A DNA stretch of 64,000 bases from Pedobacter sp. Lineage in GTDB: Bacteria > Desulfobacterota > Desulfuromonadia > Desulfuromonadales > Syntrophotaleaceae. Shown here one piece after another: positions 38,980 to 48,839 of the stretch. The notes under the pieces were generated by a model. The model made no database searches, was not told the origin of the DNA, and saw only the letters and a list, made by a program, of their open reading frames with translations. How positions within the stretch are numbered: the first letter of the stretch is position 1; each line of letters starts with the position of its first letter. The DNA is taken from NCBI GenBank assembly GCA_050253415.1, contig JBFWJC010000001.1, forward strand, positions 904,679-968,678. The letters run 5' to 3'. Both the position numbers and the translations under genes were made by a program.

Positions 38980-39645
38980 CTAATTTTCAAGATAAAAGAT
39001 CGAAATATGCCCGGCGTGGTGGGAAACCTTTTGTACCAGGGAGAAACCGGCCGCGTTTAGAGCCTCGACCAGTTGGCCTTCGATGTTTTCGCGTATTTCC
39101 TCTTGGTGGAACAACCAATATCCGGACCAGGCGCACAGCTTGCCGAACAGATTGCTCGGCGTGTCGACATCGACAATCACCGCGCGCCCGCCAGGTTTCA
39201 ACACCCGGCGCAGTTCCGCCAGGGAGGAGTTTTTGAGATCACGGTCGATATGGTGATAAAAGAAGGTCGATACCGCCGCATCAAAACTGGCATCGGCAAA
39301 GGGCAAATTTTCGGCCAATGCCGTTTCAAAGCGCAGGTTGGCAAGACCGGCGGCTTTGCGCTGTGCAACCGCGATCATTTTGGCTGCAGCGTCGATGCCG
39401 ATGGCTTGTTCGTCAATCGAACCGTCCAGTACCTTTGCCAGTTGACGGGTCAAAATGCCGGTGCCGCAACCGATGTCGAGTACTTTTTCGTCACCACGCA
39501 GGTGCAACAGCTCAATGGCTCTCTTTCGATATCGGCCTTCAAGCCCGAGGGTCATGACCGGTGCCAGCAGGTCGTAGACCGATGCGGCGTGATCGAGGGT
39601 GCGGCCGCGGGTTTTTAAAGAAGCGGGGTCGCGTTCAGCAGGCAT
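38980..39645 (-). CDS. Class I SAM-dependent methyltransferase (UbiE-like)
   Basis: VLDIGCGTG, GIDAA, LPFADASFD, RVLKPGG. Confidence 0.92.
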   Translation of the reverse strand: MPAERDPASLKTRGRTLDHAASVYDLLAPVMTLGLEGRYRKRAIELLHLRGDEKVLDIGCGTGILTRQLAKVLDGSIDEQAIGIDAAAKMIAVAQRKAAGLANLRFETALAENLPFADASFDAAVSTFFYHHIDRDLKNSSLAELRRVLKPGGRAVIVDVDTPSNLFGKLCAWSGYWLFHQEEIRENIEGQLVEALNAAGFSLVQKVSHHAGHISIFYLEN

Positions 39646-40684
39646 GGCTGAGATCCTCCAGGTCGAGGACATTGAGCATCGAGCAAGCCATATCGTGGCT
39701 GCGCCCATGTCCGAGCTTGAGACCGTTATTGGCTAAGGTGGCCAGGGCCCCGCGCATGGTGTCGAGGGCCAGTCGCAACGTCGGCAGGGCGGCATGCGGC
39801 ACTTCCCGGTAGAGACGCTCGTCCAGGTCGATATTGCGGATTGCCCATTCGTTCAAAATGGGATGACTTTCGCAGGCCAGTATGGACAGAACGTAATTGT
39901 GCCGATTCTCCACAAAGTCACGGGCCATGTCCCGCAGGTCGTCCAGCAACTGGCAGCCAAGGCCGAACTGCAACAGTGCGTTTTTGATGGTTTGCAGGCG
40001 AACCGGATCCAGATGGGTGTCCACGGTTTCCGGCCCCACGAAGGGAATGTGGAAGAGCAGTCCTGTCTTGAGCACATGAATGGTATTCATCACATAGTGC
40101 GGTTCGGGGCGAAGGGTAATGCCACCTTCTTCCGAGGCTTCCTGTGCAGCGCTTGGTAACAGGACCTGCAGCGCCCGGTCCCCGAGTTCAATCGCCTTGG
40201 CGGCCGGTATCACTTTATTTTGTACCGCTTCATCCAGCAGGTGGTGCAATGCACGGTCGGCAGCCATGATGGCCACCACCTGATTCATGACCCGCGAGTT
40301 TCCGGGCATGGCCAGGGGGACAACGACTTTGTTTTCGTCATCAAGCAGGTTGTCGGCACTGGTCACCCAGATCCGGAACAGGTGATTCAGTTTCCCGTAC
40401 AGCAGTCGGCGTTCCGGTGAAATATCGAGAATCTGATAGGTCGCCTGGAACAGGGAGGAAAACAGGTTCTTGCGCCGCTTGTAAAAAGTGTCAGGGATAT
40501 CCCCCATGCGTACCCGATATTCTTCAGGGGTGTCTGCGGAGGTGTTGAGTGTTTTGTCGAGCAGAGAATAGATCCCACGCATGCACTGACGCTGTTCTGC
40601 AAACGCACGCTGCATGATGCGGCCTGTTTCCCAGAGGTCTAGCCAATTGCGGGGCGGTAAGGGACTCAGAGCTTTCCATGCCAT
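39635..40684 (-). CDS. Class I isoprenoid synthase-fold protein (polyprenyl synthetase/terpene synthase-like)
   Basis: Asp-rich motifs ADNLLDDE and QLLDDLRD, with the KTG and FGLGCQ context typical of trans-prenyltransferases. Confidence 0.72.
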   Translation of the reverse strand: MAWKALSPLPPRNWLDLWETGRIMQRAFAEQRQCMRGIYSLLDKTLNTSADTPEEYRVRMGDIPDTFYKRRKNLFSSLFQATYQILDISPERRLLYGKLNHLFRIWVTSADNLLDDENKVVVPLAMPGNSRVMNQVVAIMAADRALHHLLDEAVQNKVIPAAKAIELGDRALQVLLPSAAQEASEEGGITLRPEPHYVMNTIHVLKTGLLFHIPFVGPETVDTHLDPVRLQTIKNALLQFGLGCQLLDDLRDMARDFVENRHNYVLSILACESHPILNEWAIRNIDLDERLYREVPHAALPTLRLALDTMRGALATLANNGLKLGHGRSHDMACSMLNVLDLEDLSHAC

Positions 40685-41087
40685 GAATTCTGCCTCGTTT
40701 CTGGAGTGGTGGGCGGTATGCGCCAGATGACGGTTGATGTATGCACGGGATTATGAAAACAAATCACCCGCCTAGTCTCCAAATTGAGCAAAAAATCTGC
40801 CATGTTTGTAACCTTCTAAAAATATTACGTTTTGTTTGTAGTGGTGTGATTTTGTGTACAAATATTTAAACAAAAAGCGTGCGTCTCGACTAAAACAGTC
40901 AAGTATTTGTACGCATTTCACGTTACCGCAAGCGCTCGCATGGGCTGACTGAAAACGATAATCCTGCCCCGGGGGGAGTCTACGCGGGGCAGGTCAGGTC
41001 GGCAGGCCAGCTCGATGTGGTTCCGTAACGGTTCCGTTCACTTGAGTCGGATGTTGTTGAATCGTTGGCGCAATGGTGTTTGGCCGG

Positions 41088-42794
41088 TCAGGATGATTTC
41101 GGCGGTGCCATCCTTTCCATGTAGCGATAAAGCCAGCCGCCGGCATAGAAGGTGACACCCACGATCAGAAGACAGCCGATGCGTACCGGTGTTGCGGCAT
41201 CGGCAAGATCGTGAAGTAACACTTTTAAGGCCGAAAAGATGAACAGCAGAAGGGATGAATGCCCCAGCATGCGATCCCCCAGCGTCAGGGCCAGGCCCAG
41301 GCAGATCAGTGCCAGAAGTCCCCAGGCCATGGACACGCCGAGGCTGCTGTTTAAAATCTGCCATGCCGCGGCCATGGCGGCCAGGTGGCCAAGGTAGACC
41401 AGCGCGCCCGATAACAGGCGCGTGATCCCTTCTTTTTTACGCAGCAGGGCATAGCCGGCATAAAGTTCCATAGCATGGAGCAGGGCCAGGGCTTTGTGAC
41501 CATAGATGGGTGCGGGCAGGTCGTGGCGGATGATCTGGCCGAAGTTGACCAGCCACAGCATTCCAATGGCCGCCAGTAATGGCCAGTCGGTGGAAATGTT
41601 GCGACGGCTTGCGCCCAGCCAGGCAGCAAGCACGGGCAGGGCCAGCAGGGCCAGCCAGGGCCTCCATCCGGGGGGGACCAGTTCCAGATAGCCGGCATGC
41701 ACCAGCGCCAAACTACCGTAGCAGGTCAGGATCAGGCGGCCCCCTGGTAACTCTCGTCCCAGCAATAGTCGTGGCAGCAGATAGCATAATCCAACAGCCA
41801 CTACACTAAAGAGCGCCAGCCAAGGTGCCAATTGGGGGAGATGGCGATGCAGCAGAGAATACTGCAGGATATAGAAAATCAGCAAGGCCGGCAGGTGCAT
41901 TGCGGCGCTACGCTGGTCAAGGGGGCGCTTGTGCCGCAGGGTGAAAAGGGCGGCGCAAATCCCGAAGATAACGAGTTGGGCGGTCTGGTAGCCAAGGGCC
42001 GGCAGCCACTGATGGCGCGCCGTATGCCGCCAGATGAGATCGAATCCGATGACGGCCAGGTAAAGCGATAGCAGGTAATAGCGGCGCCGGCCTGTAAAGA
42101 GAGAGAAAAGGCCGAAGCTGATGCTCCAGGTAGAAAAATACAGCATCAATGGCCAGAGCTGCTGGGGTGTGCCCTGAATGAGAAAGGGCGCAGAGTATGA
42201 GCCGACGATGGCAAAAAGGGCGTAAAGATCGCTGTCAAACATGCGGCACAACCACAGAGATGCGATGCATGTCAGGACGACACCTGCCCCGGAGGCGCCA
42301 CTGCCGATAAAGTGATAACCGAGATGCGCACTGTAAATAGATAGAAAGAGGATGACAATACCCGCGGCCGGAAGCAGGGATGCATAATGGCGGTCTTTGC
42401 GACGCAGTAACAGGCCGCAGGCGATGAGACCCAGTCCGCTGACCATGGCAAGGCCGATACGCGCCTGAGGGGGAAGCGACAGCCATCCACTTTCGTAAGC
42501 CAGTTTGATCAGGTAGGCGGCCGCCAAGACCAGGGCCATGGCTCCTCCCCAGCCGAGAAGTCGCGTAATGGCATTCCCAACTTTAGCAGTGTCACGGCTT
42601 TTGGGTGAGGCTGGCGGTCGGATGGTAGATGCGGGGCGGGTAGGTTGGTCAGCCCCCTTGTTGCGCGCCGGTTGCGGTGTGTGGAAGGAAAATGACTCTT
42701 CCGTCGCGGATGGCTGAGCCGTCAGATTCAGATGACGTTCGATCCGCTCGAGACGGCATTCCAGCTGAGACAGGCGCTGCTCCAGGCTTTCCAT
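41088..42794 (-). CDS. DUF2339-family multi-pass membrane protein
   Basis: LEQRLSQLECRLERIE start, LGWGG..L..AYESGWL..PPQARIG, KVLLHDL..RIG. Confidence 0.85.
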   Translation of the reverse strand: MESLEQRLSQLECRLERIERHLNLTAQPSATEESFSFHTPQPARNKGADQPTRPASTIRPPASPKSRDTAKVGNAITRLLGWGGAMALVLAAAYLIKLAYESGWLSLPPQARIGLAMVSGLGLIACGLLLRRKDRHYASLLPAAGIVILFLSIYSAHLGYHFIGSGASGAGVVLTCIASLWLCRMFDSDLYALFAIVGSYSAPFLIQGTPQQLWPLMLYFSTWSISFGLFSLFTGRRRYYLLSLYLAVIGFDLIWRHTARHQWLPALGYQTAQLVIFGICAALFTLRHKRPLDQRSAAMHLPALLIFYILQYSLLHRHLPQLAPWLALFSVVAVGLCYLLPRLLLGRELPGGRLILTCYGSLALVHAGYLELVPPGWRPWLALLALPVLAAWLGASRRNISTDWPLLAAIGMLWLVNFGQIIRHDLPAPIYGHKALALLHAMELYAGYALLRKKEGITRLLSGALVYLGHLAAMAAAWQILNSSLGVSMAWGLLALICLGLALTLGDRMLGHSSLLLFIFSALKVLLHDLADAATPVRIGCLLIVGVTFYAGGWLYRYMERMAPPKSS

Positions 42795-42954
42795 AAAAGT
42801 TGCTCCCACAAGATAATATGTATGACGAACAGAAACAGTTGCTGATACAGCAGCCGCTCTGAACGCGATAACATATGGCATCGGGAGTTGGCAACGCTTA
42901 AATGTGTTTTGTCCGGAATAACAAGAGGTTTGTTTCAGGTTATCCGGGTAGACT

Positions 42955-43227
42955 CTAAACGGGGGCAATCCCCAGTATCGCATACGATCTCTGTTTAGCG
43001 TCCGGAGTTATTTCAAAGATGCTGTTCAATTTGGAACAGGGGAACTCTATGCAGTTAGCGCAGAGGGCCTGCCTATTGCGTTGTGCGCACAAGCGGATAG
43101 GACAATCCTTGCCGCAAATGTTGGCATTTGGCCCCTCAGACCGACAACCGGTGCAATGATTTTTTTCAAATGCGGAAGCATGAAAGGCCTCGCAGTATTC
43201 GCAGTCGCGTCCACAATACCCTAGCAT
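42955..43227 (-). CDS. DUF3795-family Cys-rich protein
   Basis: GYCGRDCEYC, CTGC, CPIRLC, CANCIEFPC; GAGG RBS before ATG 43227. Confidence 0.82.
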   Translation of the reverse strand: MLGYCGRDCEYCEAFHASAFEKNHCTGCRSEGPNANICGKDCPIRLCAQRNRQALCANCIEFPCSKLNSIFEITPDAKQRSYAILGIAPV

Positions 43228-43681
43228 GGCGGATTTCCCTCCTCTGATATCAATAAAGGTATGCCACATTTCTTCGAGAGTTGCCATGCACCCGATGAGT
43301 GCCATGATCGTTTGAAAAATGGGCTGGAAATATGCATGAATCTCAAAGGATATTACCTTTGAGGTGGTTAATTTTTGTGAAATTAAATGAATTATAAGAA
43401 AAAAGCAATGGTTTGTTCTTGGCACATCCTTCTGGTCACAGAATTGCAAGTATGCAATAGGCGGCAACCGGGTGCTGGTTTTAGGAATCCATTGTTGACT
43501 TGCGTAGGGAAATAACCTAAACCTACAGACCTGTGGTTCTTTTGGCGGGATGTCATTGGTATATGATCGGATGGGTGTTTTGTAATATGGGTTGTGATGG
43601 CAAGTATTGATTATGTGTAAAAGAAGAGAATCCTGATCCATATTGACTTGAGTATTACCAACCATGGAGAGCTGATTTCGA

Positions 43682-44155
43682 ATGGAATATAAGGACATTA
43701 TCAAGGAAGCGGTCATTGACATATTCTCAAGCATGGTATTGCTTGATATTTCAGTGATCGAGGGGGGCACGCCTGGCCCAATAGAAGGTCCTATGCTTTC
43801 TGGCATGATCGGACTGGCCGGTGATCTTCAGGGAACCGTCCTGATTCATCTGCCTGTTCCTGTAGCCATTGACATTACCAACGCCTTTTTGGGATTGGAA
43901 ATCGACACGGTGGATGATGATGTCAAGGATGCTATTGGTGAGTTGGCGAATATGGTTGCAGGCGGGGTTAAATTTCTGGTTCCCCAGAAGGGGCAGGATA
44001 TAGAGCTGGCAATTCCATCGGTAGTGTGCGGTCAGTCCTACAGTTGCGAAGCGACAGGCAGATTTGATCGTACTTCAGTGCTTTTTGAATTAGGTTCAGG
44101 GCGTTTTATCGTAGAAATGCAAATAAAAGCCGCCAGCAGCATGCTGAGACGCTAA
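43682..44155 (+). CDS. cheX: Chemotaxis phosphatase CheX
   Basis: SGMIGLAG..G, DAIGELANMVAG (ExxN), IPSVV. Confidence 0.92.
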   Translation: MEYKDIIKEAVIDIFSSMVLLDISVIEGGTPGPIEGPMLSGMIGLAGDLQGTVLIHLPVPVAIDITNAFLGLEIDTVDDDVKDAIGELANMVAGGVKFLVPQKGQDIELAIPSVVCGQSYSCEATGRFDRTSVLFELGSGRFIVEMQIKAASSMLRR

Positions 44156-44240
44156 GGACCGTTCTACAGTAAGGGAAGTATCTCTGAGCGAATTAAACAT
44201 AATCTTCAAGGATTTTGACTTCTTGGGAGATGCTAGCAGG

Positions 44241-44271
44241 AAAAGGACGGCCATGCGGCGGTCCTTTTTTT
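44241..44271. terminator. Bidirectional intrinsic terminator
   Basis: AAAAGGACGGCC-ATGC-GGCGGTCCTTTTTTT. Confidence 0.65.
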
Positions 44272-44325
44272 ATGGTGAAATGATATGCCGGGAGAGATTC
44301 GCATCGGCAGGCGTAGACGCATCGG

Positions 44326-44508
44326 TCAGGTATTAGGTTGCATGGCGCATTTACGGCGGAAGATGGCGCAGGCTTGAAAATTGCCGACACAGAAAAGCAC
44401 GGTGTTTTGAATGTCGCTGCTGGTCATTTTCATGAAATAACACTCCTCGTGTTCTTCCTTGACCAGCGGGCATAGGTGATTTCCTGTGTTGATTGATGGC
44501 AACGTCAA
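44326..44508 (-). CDS. Small Cys-rich hypothetical protein
   Basis: CP..ECY..FC..F.AC.IF pattern; sits between a sigma54 promoter and a terminator; TTG start uncertain. Confidence 0.6.
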   Translation of the reverse strand: MTLPSINTGNHLCPLVKEEHEECYFMKMTSSDIQNTVLFCVGNFQACAIFRRKCAMQPNT

Positions 44509-44610
44509 ACCCTAACTATCAGCCGATGCCAGGTAGTCCGGCATAGTATTTTAATTGTTGGAGGGTAGCTGTGCAGGCGAGCGGGCCTGCTCCTTCAGAT
44601 AAGGTGAATT

Positions 44611-44626
44611 AGCAACCTTTATGCCA
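44611..44626 (-). promoter_or_regulatory. Sigma54 (RpoN) -24/-12 promoter
   Basis: Minus strand TGGCATAAAGGTTGCT: GG-N10-GC with TTGC. Confidence 0.75.
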
Positions 44627-45209
44627 GTTGCCGAAACTTGGTGCAAATCGCGGGATATTGTGCCTTGAAAAAGTGATTTGCGACGAGCGGGTATACGTTA
44701 TTCAAGAGAAGAATTTGTTGTCGCCAAGGCTGTGGATCTCAGGTTTGAGCGAGGTTAGAGCGCTTTGTGTGTCAGTGTGTCGCTGTGTATTGGCGCGGCA
44801 CGAGTGTGACAGGTTAAAAGAAGTGCTGGATAGTGTTTCAGGCTTAGTGGCCTGAGAAAAATGTTTCAAGTGTGTGGCAAGTGCCCCAGGCAATGTCAGC
44901 ATTTTTGGGTCATGTCACATACGATCGCGTATGAAATCTCCTGTATCCGGTAACCGTAAGCACGGTCACTTATCTGGCGAATTATTATGCATGGACGGGG
45001 TGTGTTTGCCGGACGCATTTCCTGGCGAACCGGCAAGTGGTTTATGCAGGTAAACGTGGCAAATAAGCCAGAGAAATTTGTGTGTCTGGCAAGGCGACGC
45101 AAAAATTGCCTATTGGCGCTTCAAGTCAAGTTGGCACAACCCCGCAATGCTTGATGCGGGTCGGCATTCGATTTCAGCATCAAGGTACGCAGGGTTTGCG
45201 AGGGGGCGG

Positions 45210-45587
45210 TTATCTTGCAAGCCAATGGAGGGCGTGATCCCGGTCAAAGAAGAAATTGAGGCGGTCTGTTTGTTCCGCTTGAATTTGCATCAGGGACAGG
45301 ACGCTTTCGTTGAAACGGTGCTGATCTGAAAACAATAAGGCGGTTCTTTGGGATTGCCCCAAAAACATCTGGTAGGCACTGCCCAGAGTGTCGTTGGTGT
45401 CGCCAGAGGCCAGAGCCGTTGTCTTGCGCTTATCTATGAGAACCTTGTTGATCTTCTGTGTTTGGGCCAGTGCCAGGGTTTCGGACAGAGCACTGATAAT
45501 GTTCTGTTCGGTAAAGGGTCCGTAAATCTCGAGTTGAATGATCTCGGGTTCTTGAAGAGTTGATATTTGCCAGCCTGAATGGGCCAT
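45210..45587 (-). CDS. Hypothetical protein (SpoIIAA/STAS-SEC14-like)
   Basis: VLID.R..., FF.DRD.AL.WL C-terminal pattern. Confidence 0.6.
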   Translation of the reverse strand: MAHSGWQISTLQEPEIIQLEIYGPFTEQNIISALSETLALAQTQKINKVLIDKRKTTALASGDTNDTLGSAYQMFLGQSQRTALLFSDQHRFNESVLSLMQIQAEQTDRLNFFFDRDHALHWLAR

Positions 45588-45932
45588 GTTGTTACTCGAT
45601 ACTGGTTTGAGGTGTTATAGCTGCTATCCGGGAACTGGCAGGATACAACGCAAAACTGAGGCCAGATAAGCCAGTTCCGTCCAGCTACCTGTCGATAATT
45701 TGATCTTGCGTTGAAAATGATATGTAATTTTAGGGAATTACCAGAGGGAAGAAGTATCGAAAGTTATTTTGGAGCGCCGTGAATTGGTAGGCATGCATAG
45801 GGTTACGCTATGACGCAGTGCCATTTTATGAAACAAGAATCTAAAAATGGGACAGTCTGGAGCGCAATATACCAGGGGGGGGAAGCCCATGTCGCTGGTA
45901 TGTGAAAGCTCTGTGCAACGATGGGCTATTTT

Positions 45933-47969
45933 TCAAGCAGGGAGATCGTTGTCTCGGGCTACCTGATTTCGGCCGTGTTTTTTAGCCTGGTAGAGGGTCT
46001 GATTGGCTCTGACAATCAGTTGTTCGTAGTTGTTGTCCTTGCTCGGTTGCATGCTGGCTATACCGACACTGACCGTGACCACACCTTTTACGTCTTCGCC
46101 GGCATGGGGAATCTGTAGCGCCTCCACCATTTGTCGAATCTTTTCGGCAAGAGGGTAGGCTGAATCGGTATCGCTATCAGGAAGAATCACTGCAAACTGT
46201 TCTCCACCGAAGCGTGAGATACGTTCTTCGTCATTAGGGGTGGCCTCTACCAGCGTTTGGGCAATTTTTTTGAGACACTGGTCCCCGGCCTGATAACCGT
46301 AGGAATTGTTGAAATGCTTGAAGCGATCCATGTCGACGAGGATTAACGCCAGGGGGGTTCCCTTTTGTCTGGCGCGCTGCCAGTAAGAAGGCAGGGCGGC
46401 ATCGAAACTGCGGCGGTTTGCTATGTCGGTCAAGGGGTCGAGCATGGCAAGTCTTCGCAGAAACTGTTGGGCGCGGCGCCGTTGCTGAACTTCCAATTCA
46501 AGTTTTATGTTGGTTTGTGCCAACGTTTCTGTGCGTTCGTTGACCCGTTGTTCCAGTTCGCCGCGAATGATACGCAATTGTTCCAGGGCGTCGGCCAGTT
46601 TTCGCGTTCGGACATTGAACCAGTATGCAAAGGTTCCGAATTCATTGCGAAAATCGTCTTTTAGACACAGCATTTCCTCAGCGTTGATGTCCACGGCATT
46701 CTTTAACTGATGGGTGATGCGGGATAAAGGGCGCATGAGCATGCTGTTGAGAGTGAGAAACGCTCCGATAACCGCTGCCGATACACAGATAATCAGTGCC
46801 GCCAGTATGGCATGATAGATAACGGTGGCGGCGGACATGGCATGACTCACCGGTGTCACGGTGACGATTTTCCAGTAGGTGTTGGGTACGTGGAAAATAG
46901 CGATGCTGCACGGTTCCTTCAGGAGAAGGTCGTCGGGCGTCGTGAAGTGTTTCAGAAGAATCTCTTCGTTGTTGCCACCGGGCCAGGGATCTTGGAGAAC
47001 GGCAGCGATAAGCTCGGCTTCTTCTGTCGATACCTGGCTGCCGTCGTTGGCAATGACTTCGGCAATGCGGCGATCATACAAGTTGGACTGTTTCGCTTTC
47101 TTTAGCAGATCGCTGCTGCTGTCATAGAGAGCCTTCGCCAGAGGCGCGAATGTCGGTTGTCGGTCTGCAAGGTTGCGAGCCAGGATATATTCGATGTGCT
47201 TCCGTCCAAATTTGTCCTGGGTGGTATCACGGGTGATGGTCACATCGGGAAAGGAAAGAAATTTGCCGTTGCGGTCGACGGCAAAAGCATATCCGCCCAT
47301 TTTTTTTGCCTGCGCATCGAAAAATGCTTCGAGTCCCGCCAGCTTAAGGTCGACGGTGACCACGCCCACAAAGTGATTATCCCGATAGATGGGGGCCGTA
47401 CAGGTAACCATGGGGACCGAGGTGTGTGGGTCGACGTATGACTTGGACCAGAAAACCTGATCCGGCTTTAAAAAACGACCCGGAACGTACCACTCCTCAT
47501 GATGATATCCGGGGCTACGAGGGTCGTTGTAATCTTCTACAAACTCAAGGGTGCCTTTGGCATTACGTCCCCAGAAAAAACTACGCCGTTCACGGTTGGC
47601 GTCGAAGGCATACGGTTCGTACCACACTCCGCCGCCTATAATGAATGAAGATGGACCAAGTTCATCGATGAGGCGTGGAATTATTTTCATGTGATCCTGC
47701 GCCCTGAGGGGCAGGTTTGCACTGGTGGTTGCAAGGGCTCGTGCCAGGGTTTCGGCGACCGCCAGACGCTCGCCGAGCTGGGCTACCATGGTGTTTCCGA
47801 CCTGATTGACCATCCGAAAGGATTGTTCCTCCAGGCGTGGTCGGCCGATGGTATCCATGATGATGGTGAGACTGACCACCAGCACGGCAAGCAGCAGGAG
47901 AAACAGCAAGGGGGTGCGAAACAGAAGACTGTTATACCAACGCACAGAAAAAGCGTTCCTTTCGTTCAT
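45933..47969 (-). CDS. Cache sensor GGDEF-domain protein, degenerate GGEQF
   Basis: TM-Cache(EEWY, FWSKSYVD, MVTCTAPI)-TM-HAMP; DPLTDIANRR, DMDRFK, RFGGEQF. Confidence 0.9.
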   Translation of the reverse strand: MNERNAFSVRWYNSLLFRTPLLFLLLLAVLVVSLTIIMDTIGRPRLEEQSFRMVNQVGNTMVAQLGERLAVAETLARALATTSANLPLRAQDHMKIIPRLIDELGPSSFIIGGGVWYEPYAFDANRERRSFFWGRNAKGTLEFVEDYNDPRSPGYHHEEWYVPGRFLKPDQVFWSKSYVDPHTSVPMVTCTAPIYRDNHFVGVVTVDLKLAGLEAFFDAQAKKMGGYAFAVDRNGKFLSFPDVTITRDTTQDKFGRKHIEYILARNLADRQPTFAPLAKALYDSSSDLLKKAKQSNLYDRRIAEVIANDGSQVSTEEAELIAAVLQDPWPGGNNEEILLKHFTTPDDLLLKEPCSIAIFHVPNTYWKIVTVTPVSHAMSAATVIYHAILAALIICVSAAVIGAFLTLNSMLMRPLSRITHQLKNAVDINAEEMLCLKDDFRNEFGTFAYWFNVRTRKLADALEQLRIIRGELEQRVNERTETLAQTNIKLELEVQQRRRAQQFLRRLAMLDPLTDIANRRSFDAALPSYWQRARQKGTPLALILVDMDRFKHFNNSYGYQAGDQCLKKIAQTLVEATPNDEERISRFGGEQFAVILPDSDTDSAYPLAEKIRQMVEALQIPHAGEDVKGVVTVSVGIASMQPSKDNNYEQLIVRANQTLYQAKKHGRNQVARDNDLPA

Positions 47970-48259
47970 GTATAGCCTCTGAGGGGGAAAATATAAGAAC
48001 TAAATATTTCTACCTGCGAGGGAAGGCGATCAAAATGCCCGCCAGTTATCCTGAGTGATCTTTCTGCGGAGCATACCATACAGCCGTGGGACGAAACATC
48101 CCTTTTTTCTGTTTTGATTTTGTCTCTCTGACCATGGTTTTTCATTAGACATATCCACCTTCTTCGGATAGGTGCGTACCTATAATCCTTTGTAGGTAAA
48201 CCTTTTGAAAACAGCTCCGTCTATGCAATCAACTATCCTGCAAACCAAAGGAGCTTGAA

Positions 48260-48649
48260 ATGAAACAAACGACGATTGGTATCTTTGTGCTGTTTGCCTG
48301 CATGGCTATTTTCTCCGGCAACGGTATGGCTGCTACATCAAAGGACACGAACAATATTGAAAGCAGACATGAGTATCGTCACGATCGACGCCAGGACCGG
48401 CGAGAGCTGCATCGTGAGCTTGCAAAAGATACTCAACGATACCAACAGCAGAGGCGTCACGATCTGCGAAAATTACGGTGTGCGAATTCCTCTGAATCGC
48501 GACACAGTTATCGGCATGACCTGCGTCATGACCGTCGTAACTACAGAGCCGACAAAAAAGGGGCTATCCGGCATTACAGGCATGACCGTCATGTCGCAAA
48601 ATGCGAGTTTCGTAGCAAGCGCCACATGACATGGTATTCAATGCGCTGA
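48260..48649 (+). CDS. Exported Arg/His/Asp-rich low-complexity protein
   Basis: Signal peptide, RHD/RHY repeats; AAGGAG RBS. Confidence 0.7.
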   Translation: MKQTTIGIFVLFACMAIFSGNGMAATSKDTNNIESRHEYRHDRRQDRRELHRELAKDTQRYQQQRRHDLRKLRCANSSESRHSYRHDLRHDRRNYRADKKGAIRHYRHDRHVAKCEFRSKRHMTWYSMR

Positions 48650-48712
48650 TCAGCTCTGGCTGGGGGCGTTGTGTGTAAGGGGTACCTTGGTATGGTGTCC
48701 AAAGGATTTTCA

Positions 48713-48818
48713 TTGACTAAGGGGTGATAGTGCTGTTAACCTGAGCTATTAAAACTGCTTTCCCTGCAAAACACGAAATCATTCGTAGGCCCCGGAACGC
48801 ATCCGGGGCTTTTGTTTT
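48713..48818 (+). promoter_or_regulatory. Promoter plus leader terminator hairpin upstream of DEAD-box gene
   Basis: TTGACT-N18 with extended -10 TGtTAACCT; hairpin AGGCCCCGGA-ACGCA-TCCGGGGCTT followed by TTGTTTT. Confidence 0.5.
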
Positions 48819-48839
48819 ATCTGGTTTAAAAAGGACACT

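Noticed and set aside
43228..43806. Long N-terminal extension of the 283-aa ORF 42955..43806
   Set aside because: Runs through AT-rich intergenic DNA and overlaps cheX antisense; RBS and DUF3795 motif start at 43227
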